A DNA stretch of 64,000 nucleotides from Eubacteriales bacterium (GCA_045544955.1 JAZPZY010000005.1:35571-99570); one strand, 5' to 3'. Counted from the stretch's first letter, positions 1 through 9,506 are shown. Numbers and translations are program-made. Notes: a model not told the origin generated them from the sequence alone.

Positions 1-279
1 ACTGTACGACGGCTCATCCAAGATGTAACTGCCGCACTGTATTACGTGGCTGTCACCGTCCCTCTCCCAATCTTTGAGAAGGATGGCCGCAGTAAGCTTA
101 TCGCCAGCCTGTGGCCTCCACTGCTTCAGCCATTTGCCCGACGGATCGGCAAGGGAGACATCGATCACATCCGCCTCATCGGAAGAGGCGGCGGTATATG
201 AGAAGCTTTTTACATCTTCCACGATGTCGTCTGTGATCTCCACACCGTTATAACTCAAAAGGAGCTTTGCACTTCTCAT
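1..279 (-). CDS. Phage late control D / XkdQ-like tail-baseplate protein, N-terminal 93 codons only (rest outside window)
   Basis: Own minus-strand translation from ATG 279: MRSAKLLLSYNGVEITDDIVEDVKSFSYTAASSDEADVIDVSLADPSGKWLKQW. ATGA start/stop overlap with the upstream gene. Sits after tape measure and the LysM-like gene, as in P2/PBSX tails. Confidence 0.55.
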   Translation of the reverse strand, partial: MRSAKLLLSYNGVEITDDIVEDVKSFSYTAASSDEADVIDVSLADPSGKWLKQWRPQAGDKLTAAILLKDWERDGDSHVIQCGSYILDEPSYS

Positions 280-485
280 ACCGTATCCCTCCGCCACGGT
301 GCCGCAGTAGTCGTATCCGCGGCCGGTATCTCTGGTATCTGCAGTTCGATTCCTTTCGGGAACACGGAAATATGTATATATTCGCTGTTTTTCTGCATCA
401 AAAGCGGCGTATGCTGGCTGGATCCCATGGTATCAAATGCGATCTTATCCCACACATCACCGGATTTTGTTAGGTACGTTCGCAT
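276..485 (-). CDS. Tail protein X / XkdP-like small LysM-type protein
   Basis: 69-aa ORF directly after the tape measure. MRTYLTKSGDVWDKIAFDTMGS...IELQIPEI resembles the gpX (LysM-like) pattern. Confidence 0.55.
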   Translation of the reverse strand: MRTYLTKSGDVWDKIAFDTMGSSQHTPLLMQKNSEYIHISVFPKGIELQIPEIPAADTTTAAPWRRDTV

Positions 486-494
486 ACTACCTCC

Positions 495-1922
495 TTATTT
501 TGCCTCCGCACGTGTAAGCCGCGTCCGGCTGTTTTGGTGCTGCACTTCAGCAATAGCTTCACGGACACGTTCTCCTACCGTTCGGCCGATGGCATCGGCA
601 TCGTCTCCCGGCTGGGTGGTGACTGTGACGTTAATATCGCCTACCGTAGTTTTGACGGTTTCTCTTGGCGTTGTCGGTTGTTTCAATTCTAACATTGGAT
701 GTGCTGCTTGACGAGGAGAAAAAATCGTTCGGAGCCCCTCCCAAAATCCTCCCCAGCCTGACAAATCCTTCTTTTCAAGCTTGTCCATCGTCTGATACAC
801 ATAAGGACTTCTCTGTTCTGCCGTTTCTTTTACCGTGCCATAAATAGTATCCATCGCCCCTTTTGTGTCACCATCAAGAATTTTCCCAATGATTGTTGCT
901 GAATTTCCCAGAGCCGTTGCAAGATTTCCTGCCAGTTCAACTGTTGTTTCAAGTATTCCTTTACCGTCGTTCAATTTTTTGCACAGATTATCAGCCCCCG
1001 TTGCAAGCACTGCAAAACCTTCAATCATTTCCGCCACGCCATCTCTGGCATCTCCTAAGAGCGGAGAATTTGAGAAATCTGAAATTTTTTCTGCGAACGT
1101 GCCCATGTAATGTATATATTTCGCATACGCACCGCCCTCCAGGGCGTTAGCCTCATCATCCATACCCACGATTTTCCGAAGAATGGCATCCTTGCTGTCC
1201 TCCATGTTGGACTCGATGCCCGCCCACGTTTTCGACTGACGCTCCATACCGCCTTCGAATTTCTCTTCGATCATACGGAGCAGCGTGTTGTTGTACAGTT
1301 CTGCGTTTGCAATCGCACCGGAAGCGTTGACGGCAGCCTGGCCGTACCATTCCTGCGACTTCTCGCCGATCATCTTTTTTGTGATGGCGAAATTATTCTC
1401 CATGAGTTCCATTTCGCCCAGGGTGGCTTTGTATACGGCTTCCACTGCTGTCGGGAGATCCTTGTTCATAGCGGACGCCATGTTGCCGATGTTTTCCATC
1501 ATCGTCTGGGATTTGAAGCCGTAGGCTTCCAGACGTGTGACCGCATCCACAATGTCGCCTGTGTTGAACGGCGTGTGTGCGGCGAAGTCCGTCGCCCACG
1601 CCATCATCTCACCGGCACGCTTTTCGTCTCTCAGGACGGTATTTAGCGTGGCACGGTACGTTTCCATTTCGGATGCGGCATCTTTGGCAGACGTGGCAAC
1701 GTCCTTCAGTTTGTTAACAACAAAAGCACCGCCCGCCACGATCAGAGTACCGCCAATGAATTTATTCAGCCCGTTCGCCGTTTTATTCATTTTTGCAAAA
1801 CTGCCTTCCAACCCGTCCAGTTCTGTTTTTGTCTTTCCGACGGAACGGGACAGCGTCTCTTTCATCTTGCCGCCGATCTCGATGGCGATCTCATACACCG
1901 ACCGCTTTTTATCCAGTGCCAT
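495..1922 (-). CDS. Tail tape measure protein (short, 475 aa)
   Basis: Alpha-helical, Ala/Gly/Met-rich. Core TDFAAHTPFNTGDIVDAVTRLEAYGF is typical of tape-measure core regions. Lies downstream of the chaperone frameshift pair. Confidence 0.85.
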   Translation of the reverse strand: MALDKKRSVYEIAIEIGGKMKETLSRSVGKTKTELDGLEGSFAKMNKTANGLNKFIGGTLIVAGGAFVVNKLKDVATSAKDAASEMETYRATLNTVLRDEKRAGEMMAWATDFAAHTPFNTGDIVDAVTRLEAYGFKSQTMMENIGNMASAMNKDLPTAVEAVYKATLGEMELMENNFAITKKMIGEKSQEWYGQAAVNASGAIANAELYNNTLLRMIEEKFEGGMERQSKTWAGIESNMEDSKDAILRKIVGMDDEANALEGGAYAKYIHYMGTFAEKISDFSNSPLLGDARDGVAEMIEGFAVLATGADNLCKKLNDGKGILETTVELAGNLATALGNSATIIGKILDGDTKGAMDTIYGTVKETAEQRSPYVYQTMDKLEKKDLSGWGGFWEGLRTIFSPRQAAHPMLELKQPTTPRETVKTTVGDINVTVTTQPGDDADAIGRTVGERVREAIAEVQHQNSRTRLTRAEAK

Positions 1923-1925
1923 ACA

Positions 1926-2341
1926 TCACGCCTCCTCTCCCTGTTCTTCATGAATTTTAAGAAGTTCCGCGATCTCGGACAGCGGTGCCTTGTAGAGCCA
2001 GCCGAGGGATGTGAAAAAATCCCTCGCCAGCACCACGAGATTACGCCGCAGTACGCCCGGGGCGATTACTGGAAAAAACCCATTGCCGCATATTTCACCC
2101 GCGCCGCCTCTTTCAGCGGCAGAGCTTCCATAAACTCAATGGGCAGCTGTGCGGCAGATGCAGCCAAATGCAGAAGATATGCCGCCGAATTCTCCGCCAC
2201 AGTCGCGGCGCCTCCTTTCTTGCGTGCATATGCTTCCGCTGCGAAAACATCCTCTGCCGTCAAATCTTCCATGCCGGTGAGTTCGATCTCCGTATACTCC
2301 TTTTTCTCAAAAGTGTACGGTTTTTCAAAAACTACTTTCAT
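1926..2341 (-). CDS. Tail assembly chaperone, long product made by a -1 programmed frameshift (gpE+E'/gpGT-like)
   Basis: After a -1 slip at T_TTT_TTC (minus strand of 2072-2078) the frame stays open for 49 codons (PVIAPGVLRRNLVVLARDFFTSLGWLYKAPLSEIAELLKIHEEQGEEA). It stops at TGA 1926-1928, 3 nt before the tape measure ATG. Confidence 0.65.
2066..2341 (-). CDS. Tail assembly chaperone, short (0-frame) product, gpE/gpG-like
   Basis: 91-aa acidic ORF between the tube and tape measure genes. Ends ...AAMGFFQ-stop on a TTTTTTC slippery run. Confidence 0.7.
   Translation of the reverse strand: MKVVFEKPYTFEKKEYTEIELTGMEDLTAEDVFAAEAYARKKGGAATVAENSAAYLLHLAASAAQLPIEFMEALPLKEAARVKYAAMGFFQ
2072..2078 (-). 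promoter_or_regulatory. Slippery heptamer T_TTT_TTC for the -1 ribosomal frameshift
   Basis: Plus strand reads gaaaaaa. On the minus strand the 0-frame is ggT TTT TTC cag taa. Confidence 0.6.
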
Positions 2342-2356
2342 ACAGTTTTCCTCCTT

Positions 2357-2887
2357 TTAGATATTGTTTCGGATATCGGCAAGCATGTCCTCTCCGAGCA
2401 CACGGAACTCATAGTTCGGCTTATCCAGAACGATAACTTCCTGACCGCCGATATAGATTTCGAAACGAAGCACTTCCACGCTCACGCCGGCACCGCTCTT
2501 CTTCCCTTTGGATACGTTTCCCGCCTTCAGAGCCGTGGGAATGCCGCTGACGACTACACGCATTTTCTCGTGTTTCACTGTTCCGGTAGATATATCGCGT
2601 GACTGAATATCTCCTCGAAGTGTGAGTTCCACGTTTTTCTTTGCGTATATCTTCACAACAGGAACGGAAAGCACCTCGAAGGGAATGTCCATGCTGATCG
2701 GAGAGAAGTGCCCGGGCACCGTGGTATTGTATTCACCGGCAATGCCTGCACCGGAAATCGTTTCCGTCATTGCTTCCAGATCCGGGATCGTCACCTCACC
2801 GCTTACACCGATCAGTTTCGTTCCATCCTCGTATACGTTAAAATCCGTAATAACTTCCGGAATCATGTTAATGGCTGTATTCAGCAT
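2357..2887 (-). CDS. Contractile-tail tube protein (P2 FII-like)
   Basis: 176 aa directly after the sheath gene. MLNTAINMIPEVITDFNVYEDGTKLIGVSGEVTIPDLEAMTETISGAG matches the major tail tube pattern. Confidence 0.8.
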   Translation of the reverse strand: MLNTAINMIPEVITDFNVYEDGTKLIGVSGEVTIPDLEAMTETISGAGIAGEYNTTVPGHFSPISMDIPFEVLSVPVVKIYAKKNVELTLRGDIQSRDISTGTVKHEKMRVVVSGIPTALKAGNVSKGKKSGAGVSVEVLRFEIYIGGQEVIVLDKPNYEFRVLGEDMLADIRNNI

Positions 2888-2889
2888 TC

Positions 2890-4299
2890 TTATTCACCTC
2901 CCAGTGCTGCTTTCAAAAGGTCCGTATCGATCTCGATCACGTTCTCGATCTCACGTGCCGGTACCCAGAAGCCGAGTTTCTGCCGGAACCGGAGTTTGCC
3001 CGCAAGGATGTTCCCGATAGGATTGTCCGCATCCAAAAACAGCATCCGACCGCCGGCAACCGCACCGATGCTCTTCAAGCCGTCGATTCGCTTGTTCTCG
3101 TTGTCGATCAGGTTTTCAACAAGCCGCGTGTCCGCAGGGTTGTCCACTTTGGAGAAATAGTTCACGACAAAAGTATTCTTGTGCCAGTTCATCATGCGGC
3201 GAACCGCAATAAAGATATCTTTCGGATCTCCGGATGCATTCACTGCACTGGTGTACGTACCCCACGCTTTCCACGTATCCAGACGCACTGCGGTATACAC
3301 ACCGGCGTTCTCCACAGCGTTTGCCTGCTTGTAGTTCAGCGTGATCTCCTCACCGTCCTCCGTGCACAATCCGTCCAGGGGCACAGGACGGTTAGATGGC
3401 GATGCATACGGAATATTGCCGTAATCGGCATCCGTGGATGCACACATGCCGGCATAGATCGTAGAGCGATGCACTATTCTCTCTGCATCCATCGGTGCAC
3501 ACGGCCAGCACTGCACTGTGTATGTATCTGCACAGTTTTTTGCCGTTTCAGCTACCGTGCCGTATTTCTTTTCTTTCACACCGATGTCCACGGCAGAGAC
3601 AGCAGAAAACGCACTGTCAAACAGTTTTGCTTTTGCACGAAGAGCAGCTGCCACCGTGTTGCTGTGGCTCCAACCGGGGGCAATCAGCGTCGCAGGAATC
3701 ACGCCGCACACGTGGTAGACGTCGTCCACCAACTCAATGCCGGTGCACTCTCCCGTTTCGTCATCATATCCACCGAGCACGTCGGTGTCCGTTACCATAC
3801 CGGGCACGATCTTGGTATACGATACTGCCGCATCCTCGTCAAGTGCACCTTTCAGCGGCGTAATCTCCACGTAACCGTCTGCACGTACAGCGGCCGTGTA
3901 ATCCACACCCGCCTTGTATTCGCCGATCGTCAGCGTCTCCACGAGGATGCCTTTATCTTTCACGACAGGCTTTGAGGGATCGCTCACGTCAAGCACGGCC
4001 GTCGTCACCTTCTCCACATGCTTTTCGGCATCCAGCACGTTAATGAACACCACCGGCGTCACGCCGAACACCCGAAGCAGAACGTGCATCGCTTCACACA
4101 GCGTATAGGATTTCCAATCACCGGAATACCCCAGTTTTTCCGCTGCCTCCTCGTAACTGTAGGCTATGATCGGCTTTCCGACTCCCCTCTCTGTTCCGAG
4201 ATGCACCGGAGCGGTTCCGATCACACACGGAATCGCACTGTCCACCTGCTTTGTTGCCACTACATTGGTAGCGGCTTCCGTCACGGTAATACCGTGCAT
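2890..4299 (-). CDS. Contractile-tail sheath protein
   Basis: 469 aa. Position and sheath-like sequence (IGTAPVH..., C-terminal FIAVRRMMNW...GRMLFLDADNP). Confidence 0.85.
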   Translation of the reverse strand: MHGITVTEAATNVVATKQVDSAIPCVIGTAPVHLGTERGVGKPIIAYSYEEAAEKLGYSGDWKSYTLCEAMHVLLRVFGVTPVVFINVLDAEKHVEKVTTAVLDVSDPSKPVVKDKGILVETLTIGEYKAGVDYTAAVRADGYVEITPLKGALDEDAAVSYTKIVPGMVTDTDVLGGYDDETGECTGIELVDDVYHVCGVIPATLIAPGWSHSNTVAAALRAKAKLFDSAFSAVSAVDIGVKEKKYGTVAETAKNCADTYTVQCWPCAPMDAERIVHRSTIYAGMCASTDADYGNIPYASPSNRPVPLDGLCTEDGEEITLNYKQANAVENAGVYTAVRLDTWKAWGTYTSAVNASGDPKDIFIAVRRMMNWHKNTFVVNYFSKVDNPADTRLVENLIDNENKRIDGLKSIGAVAGGRMLFLDADNPIGNILAGKLRFRQKLGFWVPAREIENVIEIDTDLLKAALGGE

Positions 4300-4332
4300 A
4301 GTATCACTCCTTTACTTTCCGGCATTGCCGGA

Positions 4333-4833
4333 TTAAATGTTATATTCCGCCCGCGTCGTCATGCGGTCGTACGCGGTGATTGTCACCGCCCCGTAGTAAA
4401 ATGGATGCAAGTCCTCTTCATCCACGACCCAGTTTACTGCCGGATCGATCCGGCAGTGCTCCGTGTACGTATTTTCCTGCACGCCAGCAATCAACCGGTC
4501 GATGAGAGCACACACGTCCCTCTCGCCCTGCATGTCTTCGCCAGGTGCATGCACACCGATCACGCACACAATGGTGATCGCATTCTCACCGCTGTCCACA
4601 CCTTCGGATTCCGTAGAACCGGAAACTGCACGGAGGAGAACGTACGGGTAGATGTTCTCCTCATACTCCTCCTCTGTTTCCTCCAGCATTGGCGGCCGGA
4701 GATCATTCAAAAAGACTGTGGGAGCGTGCCGCGGCACGATCATCCCTTCAAAGTCTTTGCCGCCGGAGATGAATCCGTCCACGTAATTCTCCAGCACAGT
4801 CTTTACCTCTTCAAGCGTTCCCTGAATGCTCAC
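4333..4833 (-). CDS. Hypothetical tail-completion/terminator-position protein
   Basis: 166-aa ORF between head-tail connector genes and the sheath. ATGA coupling with the upstream gene. No motif recognised. Confidence 0.4.
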   Translation of the reverse strand: MSIQGTLEEVKTVLENYVDGFISGGKDFEGMIVPRHAPTVFLNDLRPPMLEETEEEYEENIYPYVLLRAVSGSTESEGVDSGENAITIVCVIGVHAPGEDMQGERDVCALIDRLIAGVQENTYTEHCRIDPAVNWVVDEEDLHPFYYGAVTITAYDRMTTRAEYNI

Positions 4834-5501
4834 TGTGCCGCCTCCTTTGCTTTCTGTTTTTGCTTCGCCTCTTCAATGGCATCACGCACCACCTGCAGAT
4901 ACGCCTTTTTAAGATCTTCCATTCCGGTCTTTTTGGGATCTGCCTTCTTCAGAGTCTTTCTCGCCATTTCCGCAAGAGAGAGTGAAACCAGTTCCTCGAT
5001 CTTCTGTTTTCTTGCGACGCCGCCGGATTTCGTCGGCACCGTTGCAGTTTTTTCTGTTCTTCGGAACAACCCCACGTGCTTATTTTTCATCCGTGCAATA
5101 AAGATGCCTTCCATTTCCTTGTCGGCACCGTCCCGCTTTGGATGCGTACTAACGGTTTTCCGTTTTATGACTTTCTTTCCTGCCTGTTTCGGTACCCCTT
5201 TCGGCTTTCTCTCAAACCGTTCAAGCCCGAGACGATTCGCCTGCACCTGCAGTGCGTATCCGTACAGATTCGATGCCCGCTTGGCCGTGATTTTCGCCCG
5301 TTTTTTGATCTCGCCTTTCTTGGCGGTATATTCTGCACCCGCACTCTCGTACAGATACGGCTTTACCACCCGAACTGCAGCTTTCCGTGCAGCGGCACGG
5401 ATCTCTTTTACGCCCGATCCTGTCTCTGATGCGATTTCAGCCAATGCGTCTTTCAGTTCATTGACACCATAGATCTCCACCGAACCCATTGCCTTCGCCA
5501 C
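4830..5501 (-). CDS. HK97 gp10-like head-tail connector/tail-completion protein
   Basis: N-terminus MAKAMGSVEIYGVNELKDALAEI...AAARKAAVRVVKP resembles the gp10 family. Lys-rich tail. Confidence 0.45.
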   Translation of the reverse strand: MAKAMGSVEIYGVNELKDALAEIASETGSGVKEIRAAARKAAVRVVKPYLYESAGAEYTAKKGEIKKRAKITAKRASNLYGYALQVQANRLGLERFERKPKGVPKQAGKKVIKRKTVSTHPKRDGADKEMEGIFIARMKNKHVGLFRRTEKTATVPTKSGGVARKQKIEELVSLSLAEMARKTLKKADPKKTGMEDLKKAYLQVVRDAIEEAKQKQKAKEAAQ

Positions 5502-5813
5502 TTACCGCCGCACCTCCCCGAGCAGGATCACGTACATGCCCTCCTCCAGCGATGCCTCCATCACCCGGTACCGGCGCTCCTCATAGGTCACACCCGCACC
5601 GACCACCGGCATGCCGGAAAGATCAGATTCCCGGATATACAGCAACTTTGACGCCTGCCGCAGATCGTCCCGCTTGGCTTTTATATCGTCCAGTTTGTCC
5701 CTGTCCTCGATCACGGTAATACTTTGCCCGTTCCAAAGTCTGGGACGGGCAAAGTCGTTCGTGTTTAGAAATATTTCGGAAACATCCCTGGCGATCTGCT
5801 CTGCAAGGCTCAT
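5502..5813 (-). CDS. Head-tail adaptor/head-closure-position protein (hypothetical)
   Basis: Start taken at MSLAEQ (ATGA overlap with the stop of 5810..6133) rather than the Arg-rich ORF start at 5858. Confidence 0.45.
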   Translation of the reverse strand: MSLAEQIARDVSEIFLNTNDFARPRLWNGQSITVIEDRDKLDDIKAKRDDLRQASKLLYIRESDLSGMPVVGAGVTYEERRYRVMEASLEEGMYVILLGEVRR

Positions 5814-6133
5814 GCAAGGATCACGTCCACCTCGACGCCGGCGGCGATCATGTCGCACGCCGCCATGCCGATAGTGACGTCACCTGCGGTGGCAGATACC
5901 GTGCCTGCTTCCGCATCGTAGTAAAGCGTGGTGCCCGCAGTGATTGCCGTACCGGTCTTTGCAGGGACAGTGAAGCGTCCCTTTACGTATACCGGCACAA
6001 GCGTGCCTTTTTCGGCGTTGTTATACGCAATGCCGCACTTCTTGCCGCCCAGCACCACGATATCGCCCCGCTTTACAGCGGCAGGTGCCGTGTAATCGAT
6101 CAGCACGCCGTCATTAACATACATAGTCTTCAT
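5810..6133 (-). CDS. DUF2190-type small head protein (decoration-like)
   Basis: 107 aa. GDIVVLGGKKCGIAYNNAEKGTLVPVYVKGRFTVPAKTG is the typical DUF2190 pattern. Located just after the capsid gene. Confidence 0.6.
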   Translation of the reverse strand: MKTMYVNDGVLIDYTAPAAVKRGDIVVLGGKKCGIAYNNAEKGTLVPVYVKGRFTVPAKTGTAITAGTTLYYDAEAGTVSATAGDVTIGMAACDMIAAGVEVDVILA

Positions 6134-6150
6134 GTGTGTTTACCTCCTTC

Positions 6151-8085
6151 TCAGCCGTTGTTCTTCACGAATGCCTTCGGATCTACCGTGTCCACGCCTA
6201 CATCACCGTAGATACGCCACTCCATACCCAGACGATCCCAGGCGGTGCGGCTTTCCAGATGCGGCTCCTTCTTGCCGTTCAGGTAAGACACGCGGATGCC
6301 CTCCACATCGTGAGGATCTGCGGCGAGATAGTAAGCCTTCACGCTGTATGTATCGAGTTCTGCGTCGATGACCGCATCGAAGGAGTTACGGAATACGTTC
6401 GCCGCGCCGCTGTTCTGCGCGGCAGGGTCTGCGGTAGAGTGGATCAGCTGGAGAGCAGCCACTTCCAGCTTCGCCGGAACAATCAGGAATTTTCCCTGGA
6501 TGTTCAGCGTTTCTTTTCCGCGAAGATTCTTCTGCGTCCGCATAAGGGTGTGCATATCGCCGACGCTTTCCACGCCAGGCGCGCCGGTGGTGGACAGATT
6601 ACCCTTCTCGGCGCTGTACGCGATAGAGGTCAGCGCCTTATAAACGAGTTTATTGATTGCACGCTTATAAGCACGTACGTATGCGGTAGGCACGGTAGAG
6701 AGTGCGGCAAGATCGTCATTGATCATGGCCTCGCGATTAAAGCCCCAGCTGCGTCCATAGGTAGCCAGCTGCGCGGTAGCTGCTGTATCTTTCATCTCGT
6801 CAAACTCAAACTCTGCGCCCGGTTTGATCCGCTTAAGATCACCCGCCTCGGAGATACTGTAAATCTTGGCTGACTTGAAATCCGTCAGGATTCCTTCAGT
6901 TGTGAACGCCTCAAACGTGGTCCGCACGGAAGCGTATGCACGTGCAAGAGATTTCTGGACGGTAGCGTCAAGAATAGCCGCAAAGGCGGAATCCGGACTG
7001 AGGGCACGTGCAAACGCCTCGCCGTCATCCAGATACTGCGGATTCTGTACGCCCGCGCGCATAAGGCATTCATCTGCCATGGCGCGAAGCCGCATGGGAC
7101 GGTAGTTCTTCGCCGCGCTCATGCGTTCATTGTCCAGTACTGCACCGGTGCGCATCATCAGTGCGTCCGACATGGCATCGCGGAATCTGTCACCCTCGTC
7201 GTTGGTTACGCGTACGGAAGACGTGGGATTGCCCTTCGCCAGTTTGTCAAGGATTGCGGCACGCACCTGATCAACGGTTGCACCGCTGTCGATGTGCGGC
7301 TGTGCGTCCATGCCAAAAGTACGGCACAGTGCAGTGATCTCCGACGCACGTACGCGTTCTGCCTCTACGGCGTTATCGCCATTCGGCTGTGCAGCAGGCA
7401 CGGTGCTTGCGGGTTCTGCCCCTCTCTGGGCAGGATCTGCGGTCTGCGGCACTGCCGGTGCCGCAGTCATGGTGTTTTCGTTTTCACCCATGGTCATTTC
7501 TCCTTTGTTTTGTGTATTTTCGATCGTTCTGCCTACACCCACGGTGTAATCGGCAGGAACGGGTTCGATGGAAATTTCGTAAGGCTCCCATCTGACAGCG
7601 ATATACGTTTCATCCTCTGCCGCCGTAAAGCGTCCGTCTGCGGATTTCTGCCCCTTCTTCTGAAGGTACTCCCATTCAGTAACACGATATCCCACGGAGA
7701 CGCCGCGGATAAAGCCTCCCTCCACCTTCCGGAGCACGGTCTGTGCAAATTCGTCCTCACCGTCAAACTCAACCTCGGCACGGCCGATGCTGTCTGCGTC
7801 CAGCCGGACGTCCGTGATTTTGGCGATCGGCATTCTGCCTGCCCTCTCATCGCTTCCATGAGCATACAGGACCACGCCTGCAGATCTGAGGCGCGTAAGA
7901 TCTATCGCACCCGGTGCATGGCTCAGAATCTCCGTGCCGTACCATCTCCGGTACGGTGTTTCAGATGAGAACGCAAGGCTTACACGCTTACTGACGCCCT
8001 CGCCCTCACTCCGTACCGCACCGATCTCCATAACGCGGGAAAAAGCATCCCCCACCATAGGCTTTCTGTATTTCTTATCAGGCAT
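6151..8085 (-). CDS. Prohead protease - major capsid protein fusion
   Basis: 644 aa. N-terminal HK97-type prohead protease-like region (SFSSETPYRRWYGTEILSHAPGAIDL...YAHG), a Pro/Ala linker, then a capsid-like C-terminal ~400 aa. No separate capsid gene in the module. Confidence 0.75.
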   Translation of the reverse strand: MPDKKYRKPMVGDAFSRVMEIGAVRSEGEGVSKRVSLAFSSETPYRRWYGTEILSHAPGAIDLTRLRSAGVVLYAHGSDERAGRMPIAKITDVRLDADSIGRAEVEFDGEDEFAQTVLRKVEGGFIRGVSVGYRVTEWEYLQKKGQKSADGRFTAAEDETYIAVRWEPYEISIEPVPADYTVGVGRTIENTQNKGEMTMGENENTMTAAPAVPQTADPAQRGAEPASTVPAAQPNGDNAVEAERVRASEITALCRTFGMDAQPHIDSGATVDQVRAAILDKLAKGNPTSSVRVTNDEGDRFRDAMSDALMMRTGAVLDNERMSAAKNYRPMRLRAMADECLMRAGVQNPQYLDDGEAFARALSPDSAFAAILDATVQKSLARAYASVRTTFEAFTTEGILTDFKSAKIYSISEAGDLKRIKPGAEFEFDEMKDTAATAQLATYGRSWGFNREAMINDDLAALSTVPTAYVRAYKRAINKLVYKALTSIAYSAEKGNLSTTGAPGVESVGDMHTLMRTQKNLRGKETLNIQGKFLIVPAKLEVAALQLIHSTADPAAQNSGAANVFRNSFDAVIDAELDTYSVKAYYLAADPHDVEGIRVSYLNGKKEPHLESRTAWDRLGMEWRIYGDVGVDTVDPKAFVKNNG

Positions 8086-8086
8086 T

Positions 8087-9502
8087 TTAGTCCTCCTTCT
8101 GCGTCCCGAGTACGGACGCTATAAAATCATTTTCAACCTTTCGCTGGCGGATCACGTCCCGCCAGTCCTTGCCGCTCTCTGCACACACCGCCTGCAGCGT
8201 AGTCATGTTTGCCTCCACGCCCCTAACCGATGCGTTTATATCTTTCTGTGGGTCCACCCACTCCCAGCCTACCGGCATCCAGCTGTGTGCCGTATATTTC
8301 CGGCGGTTTCTGACGAAATCCGCCGCCCGGATCGGCACTTTTCCCTCCAACACGGCATATTCCAGCCATGCCTCGTACACCGGCGTACACAGCTCACAGA
8401 TGAGCCAGTCCTGCAGCACCTTGAACGTTCGCTGGTCGTCAAGAAGTGCCTGGCGTGCCGAGGAATAATTTACCCCGGACATATCTCGGGAAAGCGATTC
8501 GTAGGACAGTCCCAGGGATGCCGCAAACAGTCTCGTCTGTATCTTCACAAACTCTGTCATATTGGCACCCGCACCGTTCTGCGGATTGATCGCCTCCACC
8601 TTCTCGCCCGGCTGCATCTCCATCACCATACCCGGCTTGATGTTCAAACGACGCTCCTTATTCTCGCCTCCGGCCGATGCACGCCCATAGCCACCACCGC
8701 TCTCCAGCTTGGTGATGGCAATGCCGAAGCAAGCAAGCATCCGTTCCTTCACGGTGATCGCTTCGATGTAGCTGTTCAAATGTGCAATAATGGACATGGC
8801 GGACGCCAGCGGTGTGATCTCTCTCACTTGGGATGGGCGGCTCCGGTGCCTGAGATAAAGCACCCGGTTTGCGGGCAGCTCTTCACTCTCCCGCATCACA
8901 TACGCCGAATCGTACGTATACCCCGACAAATGGTAGCTGAGAATGCGTCCCGTGCGATCCACCTCCACGCCGCCGAACACGCTGCCGCCTGCGGCGGAGT
9001 ACGCACCGTCCAGCTCATCCACTTCCCGGATCTGCAAACGGAAACCGTTTTCCTTGTCAAAGCATTTCACGACAAGCAGTCCGCCGTCTATGATCCGCCG
9101 GCGAAGTGCCATTCGCTGGATATCCTCAAAACTGTAGCTTCCGGTCACGTCACACCGGTTTTGCCATTCCCACCACGCCGTCTCAATGGCACGGTTCAGT
9201 GCCGCATCTTCCGTCTTTCCGTCCTCACTCATGACGGACGGCTGCAGAACGATGCCGGTAGATACCACGTTTCTCTCAAACGCCGAAAGTGCCGCGTTTA
9301 CAATATCCGAATTACGCTCCAGATCCCGTGCACGGGCACGCAGAGTGTCCCGCACGCCGGATTGCTCGTTCTCCGCCGCATCGTTCACCGCTCGCCATCC
9401 GCCGTGCAGGCGGTCCTTCGCTGCCGCATCATAAGCGCGGAGCAGCTCCCGCTTTCCCCTCTCCGGCGCGACGATGTACCGGAGTTTTTCCCATACGTTC
9501 AT
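8087..9502 (-). CDS. Portal protein, lambda family
   Basis: MNVWEKLRYIVAPERGKRELLRAYDAAAKDRLHGGWRAVN... is a lambda gpB-like N-terminus. Start chosen at the ATG preceded by GGAGGTGA. Confidence 0.85.
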   Translation of the reverse strand: MNVWEKLRYIVAPERGKRELLRAYDAAAKDRLHGGWRAVNDAAENEQSGVRDTLRARARDLERNSDIVNAALSAFERNVVSTGIVLQPSVMSEDGKTEDAALNRAIETAWWEWQNRCDVTGSYSFEDIQRMALRRRIIDGGLLVVKCFDKENGFRLQIREVDELDGAYSAAGGSVFGGVEVDRTGRILSYHLSGYTYDSAYVMRESEELPANRVLYLRHRSRPSQVREITPLASAMSIIAHLNSYIEAITVKERMLACFGIAITKLESGGGYGRASAGGENKERRLNIKPGMVMEMQPGEKVEAINPQNGAGANMTEFVKIQTRLFAASLGLSYESLSRDMSGVNYSSARQALLDDQRTFKVLQDWLICELCTPVYEAWLEYAVLEGKVPIRAADFVRNRRKYTAHSWMPVGWEWVDPQKDINASVRGVEANMTTLQAVCAESGKDWRDVIRQRKVENDFIASVLGTQKED

Positions 9503-9506
9503 CGTC

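Noticed and set aside
4018-5472. 484-aa plus-strand ORF across the tail-completion genes. Similar long shadow ORFs: 7934..9643, 10985..11701, 18784..19305, 30426..31415, 34421..35896, 36709..37734, 38556..39296, 44678..45604, 47366..48793, 50483..51670, 55567..56355.
   Set aside because: They lie antisense to genes with clear family motifs, are Arg/His/Cys/Pro-rich and low in complexity, and lack SD sites. They are typical open shadow frames of GC-rich DNA.
5814-5858. N-terminal ORF extensions before well-placed starts. Also 18185..18277, 20316..20513, 22528..22644, 31311..31403, 33466..33609, 42047..42208, 43845..43991, 53744..53827, 54822..55028, 59092..59220.
   Set aside because: The extensions are Arg/Cys-rich, overlap the preceding gene, and precede internal starts that have SD sites or ATGA/TGATG coupling.
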